Virus record (IMG/VR): IMGVR_UViG_3300035492_000030
Coordinates: 1 to 64,000 of that record
Source: a virus
Length of the DNA: 64,000 bases
Direction: 5' to 3' (one strand)
Shown: positions 1 to 9,077 of the stretch, piece after piece
Layout of the letters: each line of letters opens with the position of its first letter
How positions within the stretch are numbered: position 1 is the first letter of the stretch
Notes under the pieces: model-generated
Told to the model about the DNA's origin: nothing
The model's input: only the letters and a program-made list of their open reading frames with translations
The model's database searches: none
Made by a program: the position numbers and the translations under genes

Positions 1-82
1 CTTAGCAATGATTTCAATTGCCTCTACACCATCAAACACAGCGTAGTGGTTTGGGGAATGGACCATATCTCTATTTTCCATA
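1..82 (-). CDS. Partial CDS (N-terminal 27 codons; gene runs off the left edge), DUF3310-like small phage protein
   Basis: ATG at 82 with AAGGAGAAG RBS upstream. MENRDMVHSPNHYAVFDGVEAIEIIAK has the P-x-HY...IE-I pattern I associate with DUF3310 (recalled, not searched). Confidence 0.45.
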
Positions 83-92
83 TTTCTTCTCC

Positions 93-1010
93 TTAAACAA
101 TATTAGAAAGAAGTGAGTCGCGTTTTTCTTTGGAGAGTAAATTTACACGACTACGTTTCTGTTGTCCAGTGATTTTATTGCGGTAACGTTGATACTTACC
201 TAGTTGGGTATAATGGAATCCGTCCTTTTCCCACACACTCATGTCAAGAATTTCATCACAATATACGTCAAAGTTTGGAAGCTTGTTATCCCAACTACTT
301 AGGATATTATAAAGCTCTTCAAGAGAAAGAACATCCATTCGGTTATAATCTTCCATCTCTTGCCACGCTTCAAGATTACCCTTTAGGCATTCAGACCAAA
401 GGTCATGTCCGGCAAATTTCTTGTGCTTGCTTTTCTTGAAAGTGGTACAGAGCTTATCTGTCATGTACTCCAGTCGGTTGGAAGTAAACCCAAACTGCTG
501 CTTTGCAATCTCCATGGTATCAATTTGACGATAGGAAGACGGTTTCGGAAGACCGTTTAGGATAAAACGTGCATTAGCTTTCTTGGTATCAAATCGCTTA
601 CTATTTTGCCCAACGACAACATCGGCCTCATTAAGAAATTCCCAAAGCTTAGAGACAAGTTCAAAGTCATCCTCGATATCTACAGCATTGCGTTGGTCGT
701 AGTAGAACACTTCGTCAGAATGTGCCCATTTACAACAGAACGAGAGCATATACCAATCAGATTCAATTTGGCTAAGGCCAACACCTTGCTGCCACATAGA
801 CCACAGATGAGCACGCAGCGGAGCCGTTTCAATATCAAAAAATAGAATCTTAGGACTTAAATTTTTTAACGCCTCTGCTTGTGGTTGCTTAAACAGTTTG
901 CGAAGATAGTCTGAAACAGTTGACTTACTGACCCCAAGTTCCTGTCCAATCTTACGCCAGCTTTTACCACTTAAAGCCATTTCTTGTGCTTTCTCTTTCC
1001 AGTCACTCAC
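93..1010 (-). CDS. DnaQ/RNase H-fold 3'-5' exonuclease with N-terminal HTH
   Basis: 305-aa ORF. HTH-like GKSWRKIGQELGVSKSTVSDYLRK; Exo I FFDIETAP, Exo II GQNSKRFD, Exo III YNRMDV. Confidence 0.65.
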   Translation of the reverse strand: MSDWKEKAQEMALSGKSWRKIGQELGVSKSTVSDYLRKLFKQPQAEALKNLSPKILFFDIETAPLRAHLWSMWQQGVGLSQIESDWYMLSFCCKWAHSDEVFYYDQRNAVDIEDDFELVSKLWEFLNEADVVVGQNSKRFDTKKANARFILNGLPKPSSYRQIDTMEIAKQQFGFTSNRLEYMTDKLCTTFKKSKHKKFAGHDLWSECLKGNLEAWQEMEDYNRMDVLSLEELYNILSSWDNKLPNFDVYCDEILDMSVWEKDGFHYTQLGKYQRYRNKITGQQKRSRVNLLSKEKRDSLLSNIV

Positions 1011-1224
1011 TAATCTTCTCCTCCAATTCTTTAATTCGTTTCTGCATTTGTTTAGCGTAGAAATATGCCACTCTTACAGCGTCTCTTAGATCCTCAACCC
1101 CGAGGCTGTCAGAAAGATAATACACATCTTGAATTGTAGCTACGTAGTTGTTGATATGAGCATTGGTTAGAACAAACTTCTTCTGTTCTTTTTTAGTCGG
1201 GAATAGTTGGACTATGTTAGTCAA
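1003..1224 (-). CDS. Hypothetical protein
   Basis: 73-aa ORF, co-oriented, overlaps neighbour ends by 8 nt on both sides (operon packing). Confidence 0.55.
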   Translation of the reverse strand: MTNIVQLFPTKKEQKKFVLTNAHINNYVATIQDVYYLSDSLGVEDLRDAVRVAYFYAKQMQKRIKELEEKISE

Positions 1225-1399
1225 GTTCGCTCTCCGAAATCAACTGATCTTCTAGCCAAAGCTGGATGACCTTATATTCAACATTTTGGGAATCACACTT
1301 TGTAGCAATAGAAATTTCAAGATTCTCTTTAATATAATCTTTAATTATGCTTTGAATATCGGATCTATGAGCTTCCCTAACAATTTCATATAGTGACAT
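1217..1399 (-). CDS. Hypothetical protein
   Basis: 60-aa ORF, co-oriented, overlapping stop/start with the downstream gene. Confidence 0.5.
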   Translation of the reverse strand: MSLYEIVREAHRSDIQSIIKDYIKENLEISIATKCDSQNVEYKVIQLWLEDQLISESELD

Positions 1400-1516
1400 A
1401 TCAAACCCCTCCTGCTTGCTGCATCATAATGTGACTATAAACTATAAATTCACATACCCATCCGTAAAACATGTAGTTCCAAAATTTATGTTCTTCTGTA
1501 ACGATTTTAGATTTCA

Positions 1517-1711
1517 TTACTCCTCCACATCAATAATCTTATCAACAGTAATTGGTTCATTCCATTCAGCAAGAACATTATCACATCCTTCAGAAACAGA
1601 GTCAAGAATCTTTTTAACCTCTTTCAGCTCACACTCAAGTCTAGATAGACGGTCGGCAATAGCATTCAACTTCTCAAAGATACGACGAAGGTCATATTCA
1701 TTCATGTACAT
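1517..1711 (-). CDS. Hypothetical protein (coiled-coil)
   Basis: 64-aa ORF, co-oriented, overlaps the upstream gene end by 14 nt. Confidence 0.5.
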   Translation of the reverse strand: MYMNEYDLRRIFEKLNAIADRLSRLECELKEVKKILDSVSEGCDNVLAEWNEPITVDKIIDVEE

Positions 1712-2234
1712 TCTTCATTCCCTCTATAAGTATATCCTCTATCTGTTTCCTGCGTCTTGCTTGCGTTGTGTGTGGAGTATAGCCTCTTTTCTCCAGCCAG
1801 TCAACATCTTTTTTCTCTTTACAAAGACGGATAGCCTCTTTGATACAAAGTGCTTCCTCAAAAGAAATTCCCATACGTTCAGCATAGGACTTTACCTTAT
1901 GAGCAGACTTGCTTACAACTGCCATGTTGTCTTTCCCTGTGCAAAGATGCTGAATGAATGGTAGTACATCATCCCAATCTTTCAAAGACACATGACCCTC
2001 TTTGTGGTCAATTTCAGCTTGAGAAATGGCTACCAGTTCACCCGTGAGTTCGCACTCAACAACACATCTAGCCTTACCCGTATAATCTTCGGGCGGTTTC
2101 ATTCCTTTAGAATTTTTATATTTTAACTTTGGAGGGTAAAATTGCCATACGGCTTTACGAAGCCCTGAACGGAGCCAAGTAAAGAACGCAACTTTATTTC
2201 TCCAGATTTCGGGGAATTCTTGCCACGGCTCCAT
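1698..2234 (-). CDS. Hypothetical protein with possible HNH-type nuclease motif
   Basis: 178-aa ORF. CVVECELTG...EIDHKEGH...DNMAVVSKSAHKVK resembles a C..C / DH / N / H beta-beta-alpha-Me layout. Weak call. Confidence 0.5.
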   Translation of the reverse strand: MEPWQEFPEIWRNKVAFFTWLRSGLRKAVWQFYPPKLKYKNSKGMKPPEDYTGKARCVVECELTGELVAISQAEIDHKEGHVSLKDWDDVLPFIQHLCTGKDNMAVVSKSAHKVKSYAERMGISFEEALCIKEAIRLCKEKKDVDWLEKRGYTPHTTQARRRKQIEDILIEGMKNVHE

Positions 2235-3214
2235 TAGGTTACTCCCATTTTATCAAGAATATCTTTTACAACAATACGATCATCTTTCCACCTACGCATA
2301 TGGGCACAGTCAAAGTACGATTGCATCATATCAATGTGGTTTGAAACTCTACCTTCTCCGGTCCAATCTGTGTACATGAATTCTTCTGGATACCAAGATA
2401 GATATAAGTCATGAATCTTCTGCCAGCATTCTTTGTCAGTCTTGAGGTCAGCAAAATCTTTAAAGAAAGATTTTTCACCGTAAGTTGCTTTGCACAACTG
2501 AGTTGGTTTGTATGAGTCAGATGGATCACCAACAGTTGCTTGATAGTAGAGCCACTTCCTGCCAAACCCATCTAGTTTATTTTTTGAGTTGAGGAACACT
2601 TGGCCAAGCCCTTCAATAAACTTAGGTTCACTCATCTTATCCCAATCATAGAGATAACCAGAACATTGCTTTGCGTCCTTGTCAATTGTACATTGAACGT
2701 AGCGTTTTTTACGCTTATAACCTTCCCAAGCATACATTGAAAGAATGTCATCGCTTTCACAGCCATTGGCTTTTTCAGCCTTATATTTCCTTAGTAAATA
2801 GTCTTTTACTTCACCAAGATGGTGTGGACGAATCATGTCTTGACGGCCAGATTTATACTTTACAGGAAGAGGAATATTGTCCCTGAAATTCCCTTCACCT
2901 TGAACGACTACCTTCAGCTCAGAGCATCCTGTTGCAGCTTGAATGTTCTTCAGCATGGCCTTAACAGTATGAAGGCAGTTGGCTATTGGCTCAACAGCTC
3001 GATCATCTTGAATTTCAAAATCATCTTCTGACCATCTGTCGTTTTGTTTAAGCCACTCTTTAAATTCAGTTCGATTGTTGAACTGCTTGCTTCGTTTAGA
3101 TTGTTTATGTGTGACAATAATAAATCGGGTTTCACAGGCTGCTGCCGCCTTGAACCCAATCAAATCTCCGTCCACGATACAAAGGCTCATATCTTCTCCA
3201 ATAAGAAAGCCCAC
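2234..3214 (-). CDS. 5'-3' exonuclease (T7 gp6-like)
   Basis: 326-aa ORF. LCIVDGDLIGFKAAAA, GCESDDILSMYAW, TIDKDAKQ and ATVGDPSDSYKP line up with the recalled T7 gp6 blocks VMDGDWLVFQAMSAAE, LEGDDVMG, SCDKDFKT, TIKGDITDGYSG. Confidence 0.65.
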   Translation of the reverse strand: MGFLIGEDMSLCIVDGDLIGFKAAAACETRFIIVTHKQSKRSKQFNNRTEFKEWLKQNDRWSEDDFEIQDDRAVEPIANCLHTVKAMLKNIQAATGCSELKVVVQGEGNFRDNIPLPVKYKSGRQDMIRPHHLGEVKDYLLRKYKAEKANGCESDDILSMYAWEGYKRKKRYVQCTIDKDAKQCSGYLYDWDKMSEPKFIEGLGQVFLNSKNKLDGFGRKWLYYQATVGDPSDSYKPTQLCKATYGEKSFFKDFADLKTDKECWQKIHDLYLSWYPEEFMYTDWTGEGRVSNHIDMMQSYFDCAHMRRWKDDRIVVKDILDKMGVT

Positions 3215-3259
3215 TAAAACATATTAAATGCTTTAGCAGGCTTTGTCAATTAAATTATT

Positions 3260-3571
3260 TTACCAACCATGAGCCATGAGATAGGCTTTAGGAACAACAC
3301 CAAACTCTTTCTCAAGATTATCTTTAGCTTCTGCGATCAGTTCATCAAGATTTTCCACCTCTGTGTAGGAATAACTCTCTGTCTTTAAAATCTTGCGACC
3401 ATAGATACAATGCTCGGCATCTGCATCGTAATACGGACTAAAAGAATCTAGACCTTTATCTTCACAAAATTCATAAACACCATGCTCATCATCACTGCAA
3501 TAATTTGGAAGATCTTCAATCTCTTCCAAAGTGTAACCAACACAAATTACTCCACGATATTCAATACCCAT
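3260..3571 (-). CDS. Hypothetical protein
   Basis: 103-aa ORF, co-oriented, RBS-like AGGAAGG upstream of the ATG. Confidence 0.55.
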   Translation of the reverse strand: MGIEYRGVICVGYTLEEIEDLPNYCSDDEHGVYEFCEDKGLDSFSPYYDADAEHCIYGRKILKTESYSYTEVENLDELIAEAKDNLEKEFGVVPKAYLMAHGW

Positions 3572-3586
3572 AATTACCTTCCTCTC

Positions 3587-3847
3587 TTAGTCATCATAAT
3601 TAGTGAGTTCTTTGTACTTTTGAACTACTGCACTTGCTTCACCACTGAACTCTTCAAATTTCTGAGCAACTTCTAGGGCCGCTGCCTTCTGAATTACTTT
3701 GATAGTTTCTTTATCAAACCCTGAGGGATTATGATCTTTGTGGAAAGTGACATCATCTTTAAACTGTTTTAGATCCTGTTTGTTAGTTTCAATTTCAGTC
3801 AGGATGTTTACAAAACGTTCAAACATTTGCTTTTCAGATACATTCAT
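3587..3847 (-). CDS. Hypothetical protein
   Basis: ORF-track 3587..3889. Internal ATG at 3847 has AAGGAG 6 nt upstream, so the shorter 86-aa form is preferred. Confidence 0.5.
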   Translation of the reverse strand: MNVSEKQMFERFVNILTEIETNKQDLKQFKDDVTFHKDHNPSGFDKETIKVIQKAAALEVAQKFEEFSGEASAVVQKYKELTNYDD

Positions 3848-3910
3848 ATTATTCTCCTTGACAAAGCTTTGCATTAGTTTGCGAACCACAAGTGATGATT
3901 GGTTGAAAGG

Positions 3911-4156
3911 TCAATCTAGACGATGAGGGTATTGCCAATAATTCGGATCAACAGGCTTACCAATAACATCTACAGGGCTTTGTTCTGGCTGTCTAACTTT
4001 ATCAAACCAATCTTGTACTTGCTCTTTGACCTTAGTTTCTTTCTTAAAGACAAGCTGAAGATGTTCTTTAATCATCTCCCATTGATCTTCATCTGGGCAC
4101 TTACCTTGAAGTTCAATAAAACCTTGTAACCAATAGCAAAAGGATTGTGCATCCAT
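3911..4156 (-). CDS. Hypothetical protein
   Basis: 81-aa ORF, abuts the next gene (4157). Confidence 0.55.
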   Translation of the reverse strand: MDAQSFCYWLQGFIELQGKCPDEDQWEMIKEHLQLVFKKETKVKEQVQDWFDKVRQPEQSPVDVIGKPVDPNYWQYPHRLD

Positions 4157-4378
4157 TTATACAGCCTCCTCAATTTTAATATACAGATGGAAATCCTTTA
4201 CTTCTTTATCAGAGTCTTCGTAAAAGAATTTCACATCCTTCCAATCACTTTCAACAATCTCTCGATCAAGAGCAAGTTCAACCTTCTTCATGATCGAATT
4301 ACATTCTTGATTACCACCAACATAAGCAAGGAGCTTTCCGATGGTCAGAAGTTCTTTTTCAGTGAAATCAATAAGCAT
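4157..4378 (-). CDS. Hypothetical protein
   Basis: The ORF-track start at 4390 is TTG. The ATG at 4378 is preceded by GGAGGAAACA. Confidence 0.55.
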   Translation of the reverse strand: MLIDFTEKELLTIGKLLAYVGGNQECNSIMKKVELALDREIVESDWKDVKFFYEDSDKEVKDFHLYIKIEEAV

Positions 4379-4433
4379 TGTTTCCTCCAATGAAGCCCTC
4401 CATATTTCAGAAGGGCTTTGAATTTAGTTTAGA

Positions 4434-5273
4434 CTAGAATGGTAGATCTTGGTCGTCAAAGTCTGGCGATGGCTCCTGCTGCTCTACAGGCTTCGGCTGT
4501 GGCTTCGGTTTCTGAGCTGGTTTTGGTTGTTGCTTAGTAGTTCCTTCCTTAGCTTCACCCTTTACATAAGCAGTAACTTCAGGAACAACTTGATCCAGAA
4601 GCATTAGAGCCATTTCCTCAACATCCTCAACATTATCTACTAGTTTACATGCGGTGAGGACAGATTGTCCAGCAGCAGCACCGACATCATATTCACTCAT
4701 GTTTGGATTGGCATCTTTATAAGCTTCCTTCACACGCTCGCTAACATCATGTAGCTGTTTTGCAACTTTAGCAATGTAGTCAAGACTGATATTACTCTCA
4801 CCTTGAATCAGGTTCATAGCAGCATTGATAGCATGACCCACTTGCACGCCAGTCATATCCTTTTTAAAGCCGCCAGAAGCGTTCTGAGAGCCTTGTGGAG
4901 TGCGTTGTTGTGGCTGAGAGGGTTTACCCTCGCCTTTCTTCACAAGCTTAATCTTGCTAGTACCGGAGTTATAATAGATTTTACCATTATACTCGTTCTC
5001 TGTTACAACAAGGCGTACTTCATCACCAACTTCAAGGGTTTGCCAATCTGGTTTTGCGTTGTTACCGTTGTTAAAGCGAATCTGCGGATCATACCCTTCC
5101 TTGGTTTTGATTGAGATGTTACCAACCCAATCACCATCAATCAGAACAGAAGCCCGATGCGTATTACCGAACCGATCATTGACAGCTTCTTTGAACATTA
5201 CACGTTCAACAACACCTTTGATAACAGTGATTTCTTCACCAGTTGCGGGGTTCTCTACCTTTGAAATTGCCAT
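4434..5273 (-). CDS. ssb: Single-stranded DNA-binding protein
   Basis: 279 aa, Gly/Pro/Gln-rich linker, acidic C-terminal tail DFDDQDLPF typical of SSB tips. Sits in the replication module. Confidence 0.7.
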   Translation of the reverse strand: MAISKVENPATGEEITVIKGVVERVMFKEAVNDRFGNTHRASVLIDGDWVGNISIKTKEGYDPQIRFNNGNNAKPDWQTLEVGDEVRLVVTENEYNGKIYYNSGTSKIKLVKKGEGKPSQPQQRTPQGSQNASGGFKKDMTGVQVGHAINAAMNLIQGESNISLDYIAKVAKQLHDVSERVKEAYKDANPNMSEYDVGAAAGQSVLTACKLVDNVEDVEEMALMLLDQVVPEVTAYVKGEAKEGTTKQQPKPAQKPKPQPKPVEQQEPSPDFDDQDLPF

Positions 5274-5275
5274 AA

Positions 5276-5449
5276 TTATTTACTCTCCTTCATTTGACGT
5301 TTGATTTGTTTCTCTAGAGCTTTCTGGCATTCAACAGCTACAATCTGAGCTGGAAGACCACGAGGTGCAATATTCTCATATTCTACGTTGGAAGTCAAGC
5401 CTGCTTCTCTAGCTTGACGACGAATAGCTTTTGCTACTTTAGCTCTCAT
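5276..5449 (-). CDS. Small hypothetical protein (57 aa, basic)
   Basis: Not in the ORF track (<60 aa). ATG at 5449 preceded by GGAGGATAAAT. Ends 3 nt before the SSB start. Confidence 0.45.
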   Translation of the reverse strand: MRAKVAKAIRRQAREAGLTSNVEYENIAPRGLPAQIVAVECQKALEKQIKRQMKESK

Positions 5450-5587
5450 ATTTATCCTCCATCAATTTAATTTGGATATTGAGATTGTCCTCCAAATACT
5501 CTTTAATAAGAGTTTGGATCGTTTCTTTGTCCATATTCTCCTCCGTTTGTTTGTATGCGTATATTTTACGGCATTTCTAAAGGTGTG

Positions 5588-6100
5588 TCAACAAGAAATT
5601 TCATTTGAAACAGCATCAATCAGCTTTCGTGCTTCTTGAATGTAGTAATCATAGTTCACATCACCTTTAAAGTCAAGAATGTTGTTACATGTCGAAACTT
5701 TCCAATCCGTGTCAATACCAAGTCTACGCCATTCTTCACCACCGTTCAAAGGAGGCATGATCTTGATTAGCTTACCACCCCCTTGCTTTACAGGATAGTA
5801 GCGGCAGATGTTTTGTTGCTCAATCACTTCACCATCTTCCATTTCAAGCACTAGACGAGATGACTTTGGTACTTTGGTTCGTAGGAAGAAATCATATTTA
5901 TCATCATGTACACGGATGAAATCCTCAAAGTCACCCATACCGAGCAAATGGTATAGAGCGGACATTGGAATAACCATAGCTGATTGATTTTTATGCCAAC
6001 CAATTTTATCAAATGGCATTACCTCATATCTACCTTTTGTTTTTATTTTACCAGACGATATAAGATTTCTAATGATTTTAACTTCTTCATCGTGCGTCAT
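5588..6100 (-). CDS. DNA polymerase C-terminal fragment (putative thumb part of split polymerase)
   Basis: 170 aa from the ATG at 6100 (GAGAGGA RBS; the ORF-track start at 6115 is TTG). GKIKTKGRYEV fits the K-G-x-E block that follows KxY in family-B polymerases. Lies directly after the HEG that terminates the polymerase ORF. Confidence 0.5.
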   Translation of the reverse strand: MTHDEEVKIIRNLISSGKIKTKGRYEVMPFDKIGWHKNQSAMVIPMSALYHLLGMGDFEDFIRVHDDKYDFFLRTKVPKSSRLVLEMEDGEVIEQQNICRYYPVKQGGGKLIKIMPPLNGGEEWRRLGIDTDWKVSTCNNILDFKGDVNYDYYIQEARKLIDAVSNEISC

Positions 6101-6740
6101 AAGGAATCCTCTCAATCATCCAACCTTTAAATTCTATCTTATTTGTCTTGTATTTAAAAAATTTACTAATACAACCTTTTAATCCGAGTTCAGAAAGCTT
6201 TTTGTAAAGCACAATTTCCTCATAATTATCTTTTCGGATTACATACTTGTATTTAGTTAAAGTCTTACTCATCAATTTGGACTGTTCATCTCTATCTCTA
6301 CGCAACCACGATTCTTTTAACTTTAAACCGTGTGAATCTCTTACACCGTTTTCCCATTCTGTTTTTAATCTTTTTGAGATTTTAATTGATGTATCTGGGT
6401 GTGTAATCATACCACCATCAGAATCATTTCTCAAATTATAACCAAAAGATTTATCGTGCGAATTGAAATAATCCATCCAGAATACTTCTCTTTCCGCAAT
6501 TATATCTTGTTCGCAAATTTCTATTATTCTGAAAATAAAATTTTCATATCCGTACTTCACCATAGATTTTAGCATGTATTCATTTATATGTTTTACAGAT
6601 TTTTTACGGAATCCTGTATTATACTGAGAATTTCTTCTGTAGAAACATTTAGTTCTACCTATATAACATTTACCATTTACGGTATTTGTTATTTTGTAAA
6701 TACCTCCACAATCCTTAAATTTTACATCTATCAATTTCAC
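6087..6740 (-). CDS. GIY-YIG homing endonuclease
   Basis: GIYKITNTVNGKCYIGRTKCFYRRNSQY (GIY...YIG...R) at the N-terminus. The start overlaps the polymerase stop by 4 nt. Confidence 0.8.
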   Translation of the reverse strand: MKLIDVKFKDCGGIYKITNTVNGKCYIGRTKCFYRRNSQYNTGFRKKSVKHINEYMLKSMVKYGYENFIFRIIEICEQDIIAEREVFWMDYFNSHDKSFGYNLRNDSDGGMITHPDTSIKISKRLKTEWENGVRDSHGLKLKESWLRRDRDEQSKLMSKTLTKYKYVIRKDNYEEIVLYKKLSELGLKGCISKFFKYKTNKIEFKGWMIERIPYDAR

Positions 6741-8425
6741 TTCTTGTCCTCTTTTACGGCAACATACGAGTTAACATCAGCAATATACATTACAGAGTAG
6801 GTGTCACCTTCCATAGTAAGACCTGTAATATCTTCCCACCATTTGACCCATTTGTCGGCTTCATCAAAATTATCAACATCACACAGATACTCAAAACCAT
6901 CTGTATTGCACATGATAATTGTTGCACCACAATGGTCAATAAGTTTTTCCATCAACATGCAAAGTGATAGCTGTCCACCAATCGTAATTGACATTGTGTA
7001 AGCAGGATCACACAGAGGGCTAAACTCGTTGTTTGAATCCCCGTACACTCCATTCAAAGCAAGCTTTAGAGCTGCGTTTGCCGCACTTCCTTTAGGGTGA
7101 CTCTTACGTTCTTCATAAAGCTCTTTATACACCTTACAGAAGGTTTCACCTAAGTGTTGAGGATAAATCTTGTTAGCAATAGCCATGTTTGGGTAATACG
7201 ATGCAACGTCAAGCGTCCGAATCTTTCGCTTATCATTGCTACGAACAGTGCCTTGAACTGCACCATGAATACCACCAACACCGTAGTCATAACGGAATCC
7301 GTTGATAACTACATTCATCGTTTCAGCTACATTGTAACACCAATAATAACTCTTTGCTCCTTTTGGGGATTTTAGTTCTTTTTCCTCAATCCAACCAAGA
7401 GGCTGCTCTTTGCGAAGCTGTGCGATTTGTTCTTCAGTTGGAACATATCGCTTATTCTTTTTATCAACTGGATCAGATAGTTTTTTCTTCTTGACCACCA
7501 TTGCTGCATATTTAGCAACTTCACCAAGATCATGTTCAAGCAAATCACTAAATACACCTTTTGTTTCAGTAATGACTTGTTTCTTGAACCAATCATGAAC
7601 GGCTTTGAACTCAGGACGATCAAATTTAATGTAAGGAAACAGACAGTCATTAATCACAATTCGATCACGTTTAGTCTGGTTAATAGTTCTACCAAACTTG
7701 TTTCGAGTGTAACAGCAACCCGGACTAACTTCTTCAAGACGACGAATGAACAGTTCTTTGCCGATCTTAGTATCATTAAAATTGGTGCAGTCAAATCCGA
7801 ATTGCTGAGTCAAATCCTCACGAAGTTTTAGCGCATCATAGGAATACCAATAGAACTTCAAAGTTTCACGAATATCATTCTTGTTATATTTTACAACAAT
7901 ATCCATTTGTTCTGGAGACAATACAGTTCCGACAGGAAACGGAAGTTCTTCAATATTCTGAGAACGCATATTAAATTCAAGCATCTTCAGAGAAGTTGAA
8001 CGAGCGGCGTTATCAAAATGGTGAACTTTAAAAAGATCAACTTGAGGAATAATTACCTCTGACTCTTTAATCTTTTTACCAAAACGGTCATCTTTCATGG
8101 AATTGATGATATCCATAGCAACTTTATACAGTTCTTTTGCTGTAATTTTAAGTTGTTCACCATCTTTCTTAGCTTTGCGTGCTTTCTCCAAAATGTAATG
8201 AATAACAGGATAGTCAAACCCCTCATTGTTAAATCCAACCATCCTATATCCACCAGCTTTTACCTTGCGAAGAAAATCAAGCATTTCTTCAGCTTCGTTT
8301 TTACGAGTGCTGATTTCAAAAACACGCTCACCTTTTCCATTAGCGTAAATTACGCCAAGGCTGAAAAAGTTCGGATAAGTCTCGATGTCGAATACCCAGT
8401 CCGTTTTAAACCACTTCTTTTGCAT
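6737..8425 (-). CDS. DNA polymerase, family-B-like, N-terminal part (exonuclease plus palm motifs A-C)
   Basis: Exo I DIETYPNFF, Exo II NNEGFDYPV, Exo III YNKNDI. Motif A LDVASYYPNM, motif B KLALNGVYG, motif C MCNTDGFEY. The ORF ends about 55 aa after motif C. Confidence 0.8.
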   Translation of the reverse strand: MQKKWFKTDWVFDIETYPNFFSLGVIYANGKGERVFEISTRKNEAEEMLDFLRKVKAGGYRMVGFNNEGFDYPVIHYILEKARKAKKDGEQLKITAKELYKVAMDIINSMKDDRFGKKIKESEVIIPQVDLFKVHHFDNAARSTSLKMLEFNMRSQNIEELPFPVGTVLSPEQMDIVVKYNKNDIRETLKFYWYSYDALKLREDLTQQFGFDCTNFNDTKIGKELFIRRLEEVSPGCCYTRNKFGRTINQTKRDRIVINDCLFPYIKFDRPEFKAVHDWFKKQVITETKGVFSDLLEHDLGEVAKYAAMVVKKKKLSDPVDKKNKRYVPTEEQIAQLRKEQPLGWIEEKELKSPKGAKSYYWCYNVAETMNVVINGFRYDYGVGGIHGAVQGTVRSNDKRKIRTLDVASYYPNMAIANKIYPQHLGETFCKVYKELYEERKSHPKGSAANAALKLALNGVYGDSNNEFSPLCDPAYTMSITIGGQLSLCMLMEKLIDHCGATIIMCNTDGFEYLCDVDNFDEADKWVKWWEDITGLTMEGDTYSVMYIADVNSYVAVKEDKK

Positions 8426-8476
8426 AGATTCCTCGTGTCCTGTGAATGGATTGGAGGGATTCTACACCCTCCTTTC

Positions 8477-9070
8477 TCAGAAGTCAAGTGAATTTTGATT
8501 AAAAGCTAATCCGTGCCTATCTGTATAACCATAACCGCAAGAATTTAACTTTTCAATTTGTTTATTTCTAAATTCAATTGCTAGTTTAAAAGCAGTATCT
8601 TCACCGTATTTATCAATACTGAAATATTTACATTTTTCAATACCGTTTTCCCTCCATCTTGTCATAAAGTATTCATTACCGCAACCGTTATTCATTCTTG
8701 TAACACCTGTCACTCCGGTAGAATTTGTACTCCTTAATTTTTGATTTCTTGAATTAATTTCATTTGTTACAATCCTCAAATTAGACGGGTTATTGTTATT
8801 TTTATTACCATCAATATGGTCAATTTGATAGTTTCCATCTAAATCGTTTTCGGAATTTAAACAGTATATTATTCTATGAACCTTATAAGATTTACCAAAT
8901 AACTTTACATCGTAATAACCTGAATGGTGAAGAAATCCAGCATCGTCACCAGCTTTAAATTTAGTATTATTAGATATTTTTCTTTTCAACCAAGTTTTAG
9001 ATTCACTATCTATATAAAAATATTTTGACATTTCATCAAATGAAATTTTATTGTATTTCATTATTATCAC
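8477..9070 (-). CDS. HNH homing endonuclease with AP2-like DNA-binding domain
   Basis: IDHIDGNKNNNNPSNLRIVTNEINSRN (HNH_3-type), then STGVTGVTR...W...AFKLAIEFR (AP2-like). Free-standing between the primase-helicase and polymerase genes. Confidence 0.8.
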   Translation of the reverse strand: MIIMKYNKISFDEMSKYFYIDSESKTWLKRKISNNTKFKAGDDAGFLHHSGYYDVKLFGKSYKVHRIIYCLNSENDLDGNYQIDHIDGNKNNNNPSNLRIVTNEINSRNQKLRSTNSTGVTGVTRMNNGCGNEYFMTRWRENGIEKCKYFSIDKYGEDTAFKLAIEFRNKQIEKLNSCGYGYTDRHGLAFNQNSLDF

Positions 9071-9077
9071 CTACATT

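Noticed and set aside
1416-1964. 182-aa plus-strand ORF
   Set aside because: It is antisense to two well-packed minus-strand genes, has low-complexity Ser/Phe/Leu-rich composition, and has no RBS.
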